NCBI GenBank assembly: GCA_036012755.1
Contig: DASCPX010000183.1
Coordinates: forward strand, 21,866 to 85,865
Length of the DNA: 64,000 nucleotides
Source of the DNA: Myxococcota bacterium
GTDB lineage: Bacteria; Myxococcota_A; UBA796; CAJQPC01
Direction of reading: 5' to 3'
Shown: positions 19,999 to 29,049 of the stretch, piece by piece
How positions within the stretch are numbered: the first letter of the stretch is position 1
Layout of the letters: every line of letters starts with the position of its first letter
The notes under the pieces: generated by a model
The model's input: the letters and a program-made list of their open reading frames with translations, nothing else
Told to the model about the DNA's origin: nothing
Database searches by the model: none
Made by a program: the position numbers and the translations under genes

Positions 19999-20757
19999 CT
20001 AGCCTATGTCAGCGCGCATCCCGGCGCTGATGATGGCCAGGAGCTTCCACTCCTCTGGGAAGGGAGACAGATCACGTTGCAGTCGCTCGGCCGCGGCGCG
20101 GCTCCGAAGACGGGGGAGCAGCGCGCGGATGAGGACCCTGACGCCCGCTCCTCTGGCTGCGCACACATAGGGCACGATCGGACAGGAGGGGTCGGCCTCG
20201 AGCGCCCGAGCGGCGGCCTGGACGAAGGCCTCGTCGTGTCCGTTGGCGGCCAGCGCAGCGATGATCTCCGGGCGGGCGCTCTCCGCCAGATCGACCAGGG
20301 CGTCGACGTGCCCCCGGGCGGCGTACGCGGTGCAGACGCTGGCGAAGGCCGGGTGGTCGAGCGCCGAGGTGAGGTGGCGACGCCCGACCGGGGTCTCCAC
20401 CTGCTCGGACAGCGCCAGCATCCAGCCCGCCGCGGGGTGGCGCCCTGCGGCGAGCTCGAGCAGCTCGACGGACAGGTCGGGGGCCAGGTCCGACAGCCGC
20501 CGGTAGACGGCGGCGGGGGTGGCGCCCTTCTCCACGGCCTCGATCACCGTCATGGCGGCCAGTACGGCTTGCCGACCCGAGAGCGCCTTGGGTCCGAGCA
20601 CGAGATCCCCGAGCGCCAGGGGCTCGCTCTCCGCCAGCGCCGCGTAGAGCGGTCCGAGGTCCACGCCATCGGCGAGGGCGTTCCGGGCGTCATCGCGGAG
20701 CACCTCCAGGTCCCGAGGGAGGAGCAGCCCAGACAGATCGCCGCTTGTCCAGCTCAT
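19999..20757 (-). CDS. Hypothetical alpha-helical protein
   Basis: ATGA-coupled ORF with coding-like codon bias. Confidence 0.6.
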   Translation of the reverse strand: MSWTSGDLSGLLLPRDLEVLRDDARNALADGVDLGPLYAALAESEPLALGDLVLGPKALSGRQAVLAAMTVIEAVEKGATPAAVYRRLSDLAPDLSVELLELAAGRHPAAGWMLALSEQVETPVGRRHLTSALDHPAFASVCTAYAARGHVDALVDLAESARPEIIAALAANGHDEAFVQAAARALEADPSCPIVPYVCAARGAGVRVLIRALLPRLRSRAAAERLQRDLSPFPEEWKLLAIISAGMRADIG

Positions 20758-21218
20758 CCGACGAGGGCCTCGATGTCGTCCATGTCGCGGGGCTCGGGGT
20801 CTCCCTCGCCGAGGGCGACGAGAGCTTCGGAGATCGCCTCGCCCTCCTGGACCGGGCGCAGCCCCTCCACCGTCCAGACCCGCGCCAGCCCGCGTCCGGC
20901 CCAGGACCAGCCGAGCTCGTCACTGGCGACGATCAGCAGCGCGAGGTCCTCGCCCCGGGCAGGGCCCAGCCCCTCCGCGCCTTCGTCGAGTCGGCGGATG
21001 ACCTCGGCGATCAGGGCCAGGCCGTTGCCCTCTGAGGGCACGTCGTGGAGCAGCCGGTGCAGCTCGACCACGGCGGCCCAGGCCTGGACGGGAGGACAGC
21101 CCGCGGCGACCCTGGCGGCGATGTCCGCGGAGGCGGTCGCGTCCCCGACCCGGAAGCGCACGTGTCCGTTGAACCGCAGGCGCCCGGAGGCGCCGATCAA
21201 GAGGGCGCGCTGCAACAC
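20754..21218 (-). CDS. Hypothetical protein
   Basis: ORF coupled to the downstream gene. Confidence 0.55.
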   Translation of the reverse strand: MLQRALLIGASGRLRFNGHVRFRVGDATASADIAARVAAGCPPVQAWAAVVELHRLLHDVPSEGNGLALIAEVIRRLDEGAEGLGPARGEDLALLIVASDELGWSWAGRGLARVWTVEGLRPVQEGEAISEALVALGEGDPEPRDMDDIEALVG

Positions 21219-21285
21219 CGATGCGGCCTAACGCTATTGCCGGAGGACGGCCTGCGGGCTATTTCGGCGGCCCCGGGAGGCACCT

Positions 21286-21531
21286 GTGCACCAGTACCTC
21301 ATTCCCTTCGGTGGCGTCGTCGCTGGCGCCGGATTCATGACCATGCTGTTTGGCTGGGAAGGCCCTGGTGGCGTGCACATCGCGGAGCAGATCTCGATGG
21401 TGGGCTTCTCCGCGGTCGGCGACATCAGCCTCAATTCCCTCGGTCAGCTCGCCTTTGCGTTGATTCTGATCGGAATCGGGATGATGGTGTGGGGAAACCG
21501 CACGGCTTGGAAGGAGACCAGCGGCTACTAG
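21286..21531 (+). CDS. Small two-TM membrane protein
   Basis: GGAGG RBS, two hydrophobic segments, 81 aa. Confidence 0.65.
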   Translation: MHQYLIPFGGVVAGAGFMTMLFGWEGPGGVHIAEQISMVGFSAVGDISLNSLGQLAFALILIGIGMMVWGNRTAWKETSGY

Positions 21532-21540
21532 GTACACGCT

Positions 21541-22602
21541 GTGTCACGCGACCCCTTCGAGAGCGTCGAGTCTCCCTACCGGCCCCGACTCCACCGTGGC
21601 CTCAAGCGCTTGGCGCGCCCCCTCATCACGGAGCTCGAGCGAGCCTTCGACGAGTTCGAGGAGCCCCTCGGACGCATAGAGAGGAGCGTCGCCGAGCTCA
21701 TGCTCGGTCATGGCCTGCCGACCGGCGTCTCCCCGGGCAGCCACATCGCGCCCGGTGTTCCGCGTGTCCGTCCGGTCCTCGTCCTGCTGGCGACCCGGGC
21801 GGCTGGCGGAGATCAGGACGCCGAAGAGGCCGCCTTCTCTGCGGAGCTCCTCCACAAGGCGGTCGTACTCCACGACGCGGCTCTGGGACGGCAGGACGGT
21901 CGTCGTCGTCGCATCACGCGGCGGCTGCTCGGGGGAGCGGCACATTGGCTCGGCGGTCACCATCTCGGTCTGCGCGCCCTCGAGGTCGTGCGAGCGTCTC
22001 GGCCGGAGCTCCTCGGCGAGGTCCTCGACACCATGCGCGAGATCACGGAGGGGCACGCCCTGGCAGAGCGACTCCGCGATGCTGACCCGGACCTCGAGGA
22101 CTGGCGCGACTACGCTGAGCTCCACATCGGCGCTGTGTACGCATTCTCCTGCCGGGCCGGGGCGCGCCTCGCCGGAGCCCCGCGAGAGATCGGCTCGGCC
22201 CTGGGGCGGTACGGCCGCCACATGGGCATCGCCTGGCACGCGCTGGAGGACCAGTGGCTGATCACGGTCTCAGCAGAGGAGCTCCCGAAGATCCTGGCCC
22301 ACCGCACAGCCTCCGGTCGCCCGGTGCTCCCTCTCATCGTCGCTCTCGAGGAGGACCCGGAGGTCGACGCCCTGGTCGACCGCGTGCTCGCAGACGGTGA
22401 CGTCGCCGCCGCCCGTGAGCTCCAGCGACGGCTGGTCTGCACAGAGGGTCTCTTCGAGACGCGCAAGACGATGGTCGAGCACAGCCTCGCCGCGCGGCGC
22501 GCGCTGCGCGTCCTCCGTCCTGGCCCTCACCGTGACGCGCTCGACCGGCTGGCCTACAGCCTCGCGGCCAGCGGGGCGCGGATCGCCGAGGAGAACGAAT
22601 AG
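21541..22602 (+). CDS. Polyprenyl synthetase-like protein lacking DDxxD motifs
   Basis: RVRPVLVLL, AELLH..VVLHDAAL..RRR, YGRHMGIAW, GRPVLPLI. Confidence 0.72.
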   Translation: MSRDPFESVESPYRPRLHRGLKRLARPLITELERAFDEFEEPLGRIERSVAELMLGHGLPTGVSPGSHIAPGVPRVRPVLVLLATRAAGGDQDAEEAAFSAELLHKAVVLHDAALGRQDGRRRRITRRLLGGAAHWLGGHHLGLRALEVVRASRPELLGEVLDTMREITEGHALAERLRDADPDLEDWRDYAELHIGAVYAFSCRAGARLAGAPREIGSALGRYGRHMGIAWHALEDQWLITVSAEELPKILAHRTASGRPVLPLIVALEEDPEVDALVDRVLADGDVAAARELQRRLVCTEGLFETRKTMVEHSLAARRALRVLRPGPHRDALDRLAYSLAASGARIAEENE

Positions 22603-22779
22603 GAGCTTGGTGCACGTTGATCCCGGCTTGTCGAGGCTCGACCTCGGGACTCGTCGCCGCGGACGTGCGCTTTGGCTCGTCTCCTCCGGCCGCTCGGGCT
22701 GGCAGCGGCGACCCCCGCTTGGGCGAGGGGCCGCCTCGCCAACGAGAGCGGCCTCCGGGTGAGCCTTCTCAACGCGAAG

Positions 22780-22848
22780 CGCCACAAACTGTGGCGTTTC
22801 GGCCCGAGAAGCCTGTCTTGTCCGTCCCATCCGCCACACTTTGTGGCG
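22780..22848. repeat. Pair of 17-bp palindromes CGCCACA-N3-TGTGGCG
   Basis: Copies at 22780-22796 and 22832-22848, between convergent genes. Confidence 0.8.
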
Positions 22849-22866
22849 ATCGGCTGGCGCAGAGAC

Positions 22867-24186
22867 TCAGAGCGGGTAGTCCGTCTGGAAGACCGTGAAG
22901 CGGTAGTAGGCAGCGGGGCCGTACTCGGTCCCGTCGTCGTTGGTCACCTGGATGAAGTACTGCCCTCCGTCGAGGGGACCGATGGGGCCGACGTCGCTGA
23001 AGTCGTCGTCCGTGCCGATGTCGTCGCCCTCTCCGACGACCTCGCCGTCCTCGTCGTAGATCGTGACCTCGGCGTCGATCAGCGAGCCGAAGAGATCGGC
23101 GGTGCCGTTGAGGTAGAGGTAGTTGTCCGGGTCGACCGAGATGCTGTACCAGTCCTCGTCGTAGCCGTAGTCCATGATGCCCCAGGCCAGGGCGGTGCCC
23201 TGCTCGCCGTCGTCGTTGGTCTCCCACACGAAGTCCATGACGTTGGCTTCGCCGTCGTAGTCGTTCGGCTCGAGCTCGGCCTCGTAGTGGTAGCCACGAT
23301 CGTAGACGCGGACGTAGACGAAGCCCCAGTGGCTCTCGCCCCCATCTCCGCTGGCGTCGCTGACCGCCAAGGTGGCCTCGCCGCCGTCGACCTCGAAGTA
23401 GAAGCCCGAGCCGTTGTCGCCGCCCGGGGACTCCTTGCGCAGCAACAGGTCGCCCTCGATGTCGTAGAGCTCGTAGAGCGGCGTGGCGTCGGAGTCGACG
23501 GCGTAGGAGCTGCCGGTCAGCACGGTCGGGCACTCCTCGTAGGGCAGGGCGAGCTCGATGTAGTCGGTGTCGCCCTCCTCCTCGAGCAGCCAGCCGACGG
23601 CGTAGAAGTAGCCGGAGTCGACCTCGAGGAGCTCTCCGTTCTCGAAGCTGTCCGGGTCCTCTGTGCGGCGGCCGTACTCGGCCACCTCGAGCGTGTAGCT
23701 GAAGTCCGGGATGCCGATGTCGTTGATGTCCTCGACCATGACCGTCCAGGCGCCTTCCTCGGGCAGGTAGGCAAAGAGCACCGTGTCGTAGGTCGTCACC
23801 GGGCCGAGGGCGTGGTCGTTCTCCTGAGCGTGGAGCTTGCCGGTGGGGCTGTACAGGGAGAGGAGGGTGTCGTTGTCTTCGTCATCGGTGATCGTGTCGA
23901 TGCGGATGAACTCACCACCATCGGCGTTGAAGGTGAAGAAGTCCTGGTCGTCGTCGTCCTGCAGGACGCCTTCGACGGGAGCGTCCCAGAGGATCGACTC
24001 GGCCTCTTCCAGGGAGTTGTTCCGGTCCCCGGTGGTGCACTCCTCCTCGTCGCAGATCTGCCAGCTGCTGCAGTCGGTGTCCTCGGCGCAGGGAGTTTCG
24101 TCTGGGGGCGAGTCGTCGTTCGGCAGGTAGCCGGAGTCATCGGGGTTGCCGCGGTTGCAGCCCAGGACCAAGAGAGAGATCAGCAT
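22867..24186 (-). CDS. Acidic lipoprotein with pre-peptidase C-terminal (PPC)-like domains
   Basis: MLISLLVLG-C; DQDFF, DTDYI and DEDWY repeats; ELEPND. Confidence 0.72.
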   Translation of the reverse strand: MLISLLVLGCNRGNPDDSGYLPNDDSPPDETPCAEDTDCSSWQICDEEECTTGDRNNSLEEAESILWDAPVEGVLQDDDDQDFFTFNADGGEFIRIDTITDDEDNDTLLSLYSPTGKLHAQENDHALGPVTTYDTVLFAYLPEEGAWTVMVEDINDIGIPDFSYTLEVAEYGRRTEDPDSFENGELLEVDSGYFYAVGWLLEEEGDTDYIELALPYEECPTVLTGSSYAVDSDATPLYELYDIEGDLLLRKESPGGDNGSGFYFEVDGGEATLAVSDASGDGGESHWGFVYVRVYDRGYHYEAELEPNDYDGEANVMDFVWETNDDGEQGTALAWGIMDYGYDEDWYSISVDPDNYLYLNGTADLFGSLIDAEVTIYDEDGEVVGEGDDIGTDDDFSDVGPIGPLDGGQYFIQVTNDDGTEYGPAAYYRFTVFQTDYPL

Positions 24187-24256
24187 GAGCGAAACTTAGC
24201 TTGCCAGCCGCACCATGGCGGCTAATACGGGCGGCTGTCGCCTCTGGAGGTCCACC

Positions 24257-25240
24257 ATGCCGCGTCCGCGTGCTCTCACGGGCATCCAGCCATCCGGGAT
24301 CCCGCACGTCGGGAACCTCAAGGGCATGATCGAGCCGGCCCTGTCCCTCCAGGAGACCCACGAGCCCTTCTACTTCATCGCCAGCTACCACGCCCTGACG
24401 ACCCTCAAGGACCCCCGGCTCCTTCGCGAGTACCAGCGCGAGGCGGCCATGTCGTTCATGGCCTTCGGCCTGGACCCGGGCGTCACCGCGTTGTTCCTGC
24501 AGCAGGACGTGCCAGAGGTCTGCGAGCTCGGTTGGATTCTGGGCTGCCACGTGAACACAGGAGTGCTCGAGCGCGCACATGCATACAAAGCGGCGCGGGA
24601 TGCGGGCCGCGAGATCAACCTCGGGACCTTCAGCTACCCCGTGCTCATGGCAGCGGACATCCTCATCTACGACTCCCACCATGTCCCCGTCGGCAAGGAC
24701 CAGAAGCAGCACGTGGAGATGGCGCGGGACATGGCCGCGGGCTTCAACCACCGCTACGGCGCGGATGTCTTCGTCCTTCCGGAGCCGCTCATCCGCGAAG
24801 AGGTCGCGACGGTCCCTGGAGTCGACGGGCGCAAGATGTCCAAGTCCTACGACAACACGCTGCCGCTGTTCCTCCCGCCGAAGGAGCTGCGCAAGCGCAT
24901 CATGAAGATCGTCACCGACAGCAAGGGTGTCGAAGAGGCGAAGGACCCGGAGACCTGCAACGTCTTCGGGCTCTACCAACTCTTCGCGACGACGGAGGAG
25001 CAGGAAGCCCTCGCGATCCGCTATCGCGCCGGAGGCATGGGGTACGGGCAGGCCAAGCAGGAGCTCTTCGAGGTCATGGACCGCTCCCTCGCCGAACCCC
25101 GTGAGCGCTACGGTGCTCTCTGTTCTGATCCGTCGACGGTGGATCGGGTGCTCGCCCAAGGGGCCGAAAAAGCGAGATTCATTGCCCAGCAGACCTTGGC
25201 GCGCGTCCGTGGGGCCGTAGGTTTGGGGTCCGCGCGTTAA
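24257..25240 (+). CDS. trpS: Tryptophan--tRNA ligase
   Basis: TGIQPSG, HVGN, YPVLMAADIL, VPVGKDQKQH, KMSKS. GGAGG RBS. Confidence 0.97.
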   Translation: MPRPRALTGIQPSGIPHVGNLKGMIEPALSLQETHEPFYFIASYHALTTLKDPRLLREYQREAAMSFMAFGLDPGVTALFLQQDVPEVCELGWILGCHVNTGVLERAHAYKAARDAGREINLGTFSYPVLMAADILIYDSHHVPVGKDQKQHVEMARDMAAGFNHRYGADVFVLPEPLIREEVATVPGVDGRKMSKSYDNTLPLFLPPKELRKRIMKIVTDSKGVEEAKDPETCNVFGLYQLFATTEEQEALAIRYRAGGMGYGQAKQELFEVMDRSLAEPRERYGALCSDPSTVDRVLAQGAEKARFIAQQTLARVRGAVGLGSAR

Positions 25241-25245
25241 TTCGG

Positions 25246-25283
25246 TGTCAGGGGACTGTCAGCTGATTGACGCGGTCTTGACA
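25246..25283 (+). promoter_or_regulatory. Four phased half-sites upstream of the sigma factor gene
   Basis: TGTCA-N6-TGTCA-N6-TGACG-N6-TGACA with an exact 11-bp period. Confidence 0.55.
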
Positions 25284-25414
25284 AACAGTTCGGGCAGGTG
25301 GCTGTAGAACCCCTCCGGAACGCCTCCACCCTGGGAACCTAATGCACCACCCCCGGGCTCAGACGAACAAAACCCCCAGAACGGTTGTCCCATGTCGGGA
25401 CCTCAGGAGACTCG

Positions 25415-26488
25415 ATGCCTTCGTATCGACCCGAATCCTTTGACGAAGAAAACCCCTTCCAGCAGCGGAGCACGGGTCGCGGTGAGCGGCTGAGCGCCGA
25501 GGAAGAGAAGGACATGGCGCGCCGGATCCGCGTCGCCGAGGATGCAGCCCGGGACGCCATCATCGACATTCCCGACGCGCGCGCCATCATCGGTCGCCGT
25601 CCGGACCGTGCCGAGCGCACTCGAGCCGGCGCCGTCAGCCGCCTGGAAGAGGCCGTCATGGCGACCTGTGCCCAGGCCAAGACCAACCGGGAGTTCCGGC
25701 AGCCGGCCCGCAAGGCCTCGGGCGCCTGGCAGGCCGCCGAGAACCTCCGCTGGCGCCTCGCGATGTCCGGCCGCCGGATCGCCCATGGAGAGGCCCGCAA
25801 GCTTGCCGGGCCGTTCATGGACGAAGAGGACCTGGTCCAGGAGGGCTACATCGGCCTCCTCCGCGCCGCCAAGCGCTTCGACCCCGACCGTGGCATTCGC
25901 TTCAGCACCTACGCGCGCTGGTGGGTCAGGGCACAGATGACCCGCGCCATCGACCACACGGGCCGCCCTGTGCGCCTCCCCGGGTGTGCCGTCGAGCAGA
26001 CCCGCAACCTCCGCAAGGCCATGAAGCGCTTCGAGTCCGGCGGCGTGGAATACAACGTCCAGGATCTCGCGGAAGAGGTCGGCATCGACAAGGAGCGCGC
26101 GGAGCTCCTCCTGTCCCAGGGCAACACGATCTCGCTCGAGCAGCCGGTGGACGACGGACCCCGCCCCAGGCCGCTGGAGCGCTTCCTCTCGGACGACGAC
26201 GCCCCGCCGCCCGATGGCGAGGCCATCCAGTCCCAGGAGCTCGCGCGGATGCACACCGCCTTCGCCGCCGTGCTCTCCGATCGCCAGCGCTTCGTCCTGA
26301 CCCGTCGGTACGGGCTCGACGACGGCGAGTTCCGCACCCTGTCAGAGGTCGGCAAGGAGATGGGGCTTTCCCGCGAGCGCGTCCGCCAGATCGAGCGCGA
26401 AGCCCTCATCAGGCTGCGCGACCACAGCGGCATTCGGGACAACCCCTTCTTCCTCCGCCAGCTCGCGCGGGTCGCCGCCCAGGCATAG
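25415..26488 (+). CDS. Alternative sigma-70 factor (RpoD/RpoS-like regions 2-4)
   Basis: DLVQEGYIGLLRAAKRFDPDRGIRFSTYARWW and LSRERVRQIE. AGGAG RBS. No region 1.1. Confidence 0.93.
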   Translation: MPSYRPESFDEENPFQQRSTGRGERLSAEEEKDMARRIRVAEDAARDAIIDIPDARAIIGRRPDRAERTRAGAVSRLEEAVMATCAQAKTNREFRQPARKASGAWQAAENLRWRLAMSGRRIAHGEARKLAGPFMDEEDLVQEGYIGLLRAAKRFDPDRGIRFSTYARWWVRAQMTRAIDHTGRPVRLPGCAVEQTRNLRKAMKRFESGGVEYNVQDLAEEVGIDKERAELLLSQGNTISLEQPVDDGPRPRPLERFLSDDDAPPPDGEAIQSQELARMHTAFAAVLSDRQRFVLTRRYGLDDGEFRTLSEVGKEMGLSRERVRQIEREALIRLRDHSGIRDNPFFLRQLARVAAQA

Positions 26489-26524
26489 CGGGCGGCCTCG
26501 GGGGCAGTTTTCTGGCACACAGAA

Positions 26525-26542
26525 CCTCACGTACGCGTGAGG
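26525..26542. promoter_or_regulatory. Perfect inverted repeat CCTCACG-TACG-CGTGAGG (operator or hairpin)
   Basis: 7-bp arms just upstream of the TTGCTC...TATTATGGT promoter-like sequence. Confidence 0.4.
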
Positions 26543-26586
26543 AATCCGCTTGCTCGTTGGTTCCGCGTCGCTATTATGGTTGACCT

Positions 26587-27228
26587 ATGAGTACGCGCAT
26601 TCCCGACCTCGACCTCGTCAGGGCCTACCTCGACGAAGATGACATCCAGGCCTTCGAGCTCATCTACAAGCGCTACGCGAACGACGTCTACAGGGCGATG
26701 TCCCGGGCCCTTTCGGGCTTCTCCTTCGCAGAGGTCGACGAGTTCAGCCAGGAGCTCTGGGCCCGTGGTCGCGCGCTGCTCGAGCCCTATGACCCGGAGC
26801 GCGGCACCCTGCGCACCTACCTGGTCGTGCAGGCCACCTGGGGTGCTCGCTCGGCGGAGGCCAAGCGCATGCGGCGCCACGCCAGCCGCCGCGCCGCCCA
26901 ACTCCCTGCCACTGGCCAGGATCCCGCGGCGATGCGCTGCATGAGCGCCTGGTCCCTCGAGAACGCGGACGGCGCTGTCGCGCGCATGGGCGGAAACGGA
27001 GCCCGCAAGGCTGGCGCCACCCGCGCGGTGCGCACCTACCTCGCCCAGAACACCGATCGTCCCGCCCAGGTGCTCGAGGCCTGGCTGGAAGGCCGCACCG
27101 GCCGTGACATCGCGCAGGAGCTGGGTGTCCACCCGGCGCAGATCAGCCGCGACCTCGCCCGCGCCCGCTCCAGGATGGAGGGCTTCCTCCCGGCCCGCCC
27201 CCGGCTGGCCGCCCCGAGCGACGACTAG
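26587..27228 (+). CDS. Divergent ECF-type sigma factor
   Basis: AFELIYKRY, YDPERGTLRTYL, HTH DIAQELGVHPAQISRDLARAR. Confidence 0.72.
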   Translation: MSTRIPDLDLVRAYLDEDDIQAFELIYKRYANDVYRAMSRALSGFSFAEVDEFSQELWARGRALLEPYDPERGTLRTYLVVQATWGARSAEAKRMRRHASRRAAQLPATGQDPAAMRCMSAWSLENADGAVARMGGNGARKAGATRAVRTYLAQNTDRPAQVLEAWLEGRTGRDIAQELGVHPAQISRDLARARSRMEGFLPARPRLAAPSDD

Positions 27229-27340
27229 CGCCCCTCGGCAGAAGTCGCGATGCGCCTTCCACCGGCGCCTTCGGCGCGCGGCGCGGCGCATCGTTCACCC
27301 CGTCGCAGCCCGACTGCGTCGGAACTCGTGCCGGAGAGAA

Positions 27341-28048
27341 CTAGCGCTTCTGCTTCAAGGCATGGGCCGCCCGGCGGCGCCGGCCCAGGTCCGAGACCTC
27401 CTTGACGGCGTCTAGCTGATCGAGCACGTCGTCGACCTCGTCGATGGCCAGATCGGCCGTGACGCGGGTCGAGGCCACGTGCAGCGTGCGCACCGTCTCG
27501 ATGAGGTCCTCCACCTCCTCCTCGTCCTCCGCGTTTCCAAGAGGCACTCGGAGCAAGGCCGAGCGGAAGGCCTCGCGGATCCGGCGGGCGGCCTCGACCA
27601 CGCGCGGGTTCTCGTGGCGGGCCAACTCGTCGAGCAGGGTCAGCGCCGCCTGCTGGCGGGTGTCGCCAGGTGCGATCTGCGAGGTGGCGGGCGGTGCGAT
27701 CTGCGAGGTGGCGGGCGGTGCGATCTTCTTGACCTGCTCCGTCGTGAACAGGATGCGGTCTCCCTCCCAGGCCGTGCAGTGCATCGTGAAGCCGTTGTAG
27801 GAGACGACCTGGATCCTGAGCGTGCGGCCCGAGACGACCACCTGGTGGATCGCCTCGGTGACGTAGTTGCCGCCGATCCGAGTCGTGTCCTGGACGACGC
27901 CGCTGACGGCGACGGTCTCCCGCAGGCCGTAGTTCCGGATCTTGATCGTGCTGCCGGCGAACTCGAACTCCCAGCTGTGGAAGGGGATGACCCACATCAG
28001 CGTCGGCAGCACACCGAGCAGGAAGACGAGCAGGGCTAGGACCTCCAT
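27341..28048 (-). CDS. Hypothetical membrane-anchored protein
   Basis: N-terminal TM, beta-rich domain, helical C-terminus. TGATG overlap. Confidence 0.6.
   Translation of the reverse strand: MEVLALLVFLLGVLPTLMWVIPFHSWEFEFAGSTIKIRNYGLRETVAVSGVVQDTTRIGGNYVTEAIHQVVVSGRTLRIQVVSYNGFTMHCTAWEGDRILFTTEQVKKIAPPATSQIAPPATSQIAPGDTRQQAALTLLDELARHENPRVVEAARRIREAFRSALLRVPLGNAEDEEEVEDLIETVRTLHVASTRVTADLAIDEVDDVLDQLDAVKEVSDLGRRRRAAHALKQKR
27669..27726 (-). repeat. 24-bp tandem repeat, about 2.4 copies (IAPPATSQ)
   Basis: GGTGCGATCTGCGAGGTGGCGGGC twice plus a partial copy. Confidence 0.9.
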
Positions 28049-29049
28049 CAGCCGGCGACCTCCGTGAGCACGCGCAGGAAGTTCCCTCCCCAGCAGGCAA
28101 GGATCTCGGGCGCCGTCCATCCCCGCTCGAGCAGGGCCTGGGTCAACAGCGGCAGCTTGTCGGCGCCGTCGAGGTCGCGAGGGTAGAGGCTCCAGCCCTC
28201 CCAGTCGCTGCCGATGGCGCAGTGCTCGACGCCGACCACGTCGCGGATGTGGGTGAGGTGGTCGACGACCGCGGCCAGGCCGCCTGGGCCGATGAAGGGC
28301 GTGACGAAGATCACACCGATGACACCGCCGGTGTCCGCGATAGCGCGCAGCTGGGAGTCGTCGAGTCCGCGCGGGCTGTGGTGGACGCTGTTGCAGGCGG
28401 TGTGGGAAGCGATGACCGGGGCCCGGGTCCGCTCGCAGAGCTCGAGCAGCCCCGCTCGGTTCAAGTGCGCGACGTCGATGACCATCTGCAAGCGGTTCAG
28501 CTCGTCGACGAGGTCACGACCGTAGTCCGTCAGGCCAGCCTTCGGGTCCTGACCCCAGCCGACCATCGGCTTGCAGGCCTCGTTCTCGCTGAAGTGGGCG
28601 AAGCCGACGTAGCGCATGCCGCGGTCGCGGTAGTGGGAGAGCTTCCCGAGCGAACCGACCAGTCCGTGGGCGCCCTCCAGGCCCGCGAAGCAGGCGATGC
28701 GACCAGCCTCGCAGGAGGCACGGATCGTCGCGCTGGTCGTGGCCAGCTCGAGGTCGTCGGGGTGGGCGGCGAGCTTGGCGTGCATCCGGTCGAGCATGCG
28801 CTCGATCTTCGTGGGGCCGCGGCGGCCCGCCAGGGGGGAGACCACCACACCCAGGGCCAGGCAGCCGACGTTGCCGGCGCGCAGACGAGGCAGGTCGACG
28901 TGCCCCATCAGGGCGGCGCCCGGGAGCAGGTTCGGGCGGTGCTCCCGAGCCCAGTTCCACGCGAGGAAGGTGGTCGTGAGCAGGACGTCGCAGTGGAGAT
29001 CGATGATCAGCGCCTGCTCGTGGATCGCCCGGGCCTCTTCGCTGATCAC
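28048..29049 (-). CDS. Membrane dipeptidase (peptidase M19)
   Basis: IDLHCD, GLEG, IDVAH, IASH, AIGSDWEG, GGNFLRV. Confidence 0.9.
   Translation of the reverse strand: MISEEARAIHEQALIIDLHCDVLLTTTFLAWNWAREHRPNLLPGAALMGHVDLPRLRAGNVGCLALGVVVSPLAGRRGPTKIERMLDRMHAKLAAHPDDLELATTSATIRASCEAGRIACFAGLEGAHGLVGSLGKLSHYRDRGMRYVGFAHFSENEACKPMVGWGQDPKAGLTDYGRDLVDELNRLQMVIDVAHLNRAGLLELCERTRAPVIASHTACNSVHHSPRGLDDSQLRAIADTGGVIGVIFVTPFIGPGGLAAVVDHLTHIRDVVGVEHCAIGSDWEGWSLYPRDLDGADKLPLLTQALLERGWTAPEILACWGGNFLRVLTEVAG

Noticed and set aside
22780..22848. Mini CRISPR array
   Set aside because: Only two 17-bp copies, too short for CRISPR repeats, and no cas genes.
25278..25310. sigma70 promoter TTGACA...TAGAAC
   Set aside because: The 21-bp spacer is too long. 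TTGACA is better explained as part of the phased array.
27229..27340. Structured ncRNA in the convergent spacer
   Set aside because: GC stems (CGATGCGCC/GGCGCATCG) are present but there is no recognisable family motif. A bidirectional terminator-like hairpin or chance explains it.
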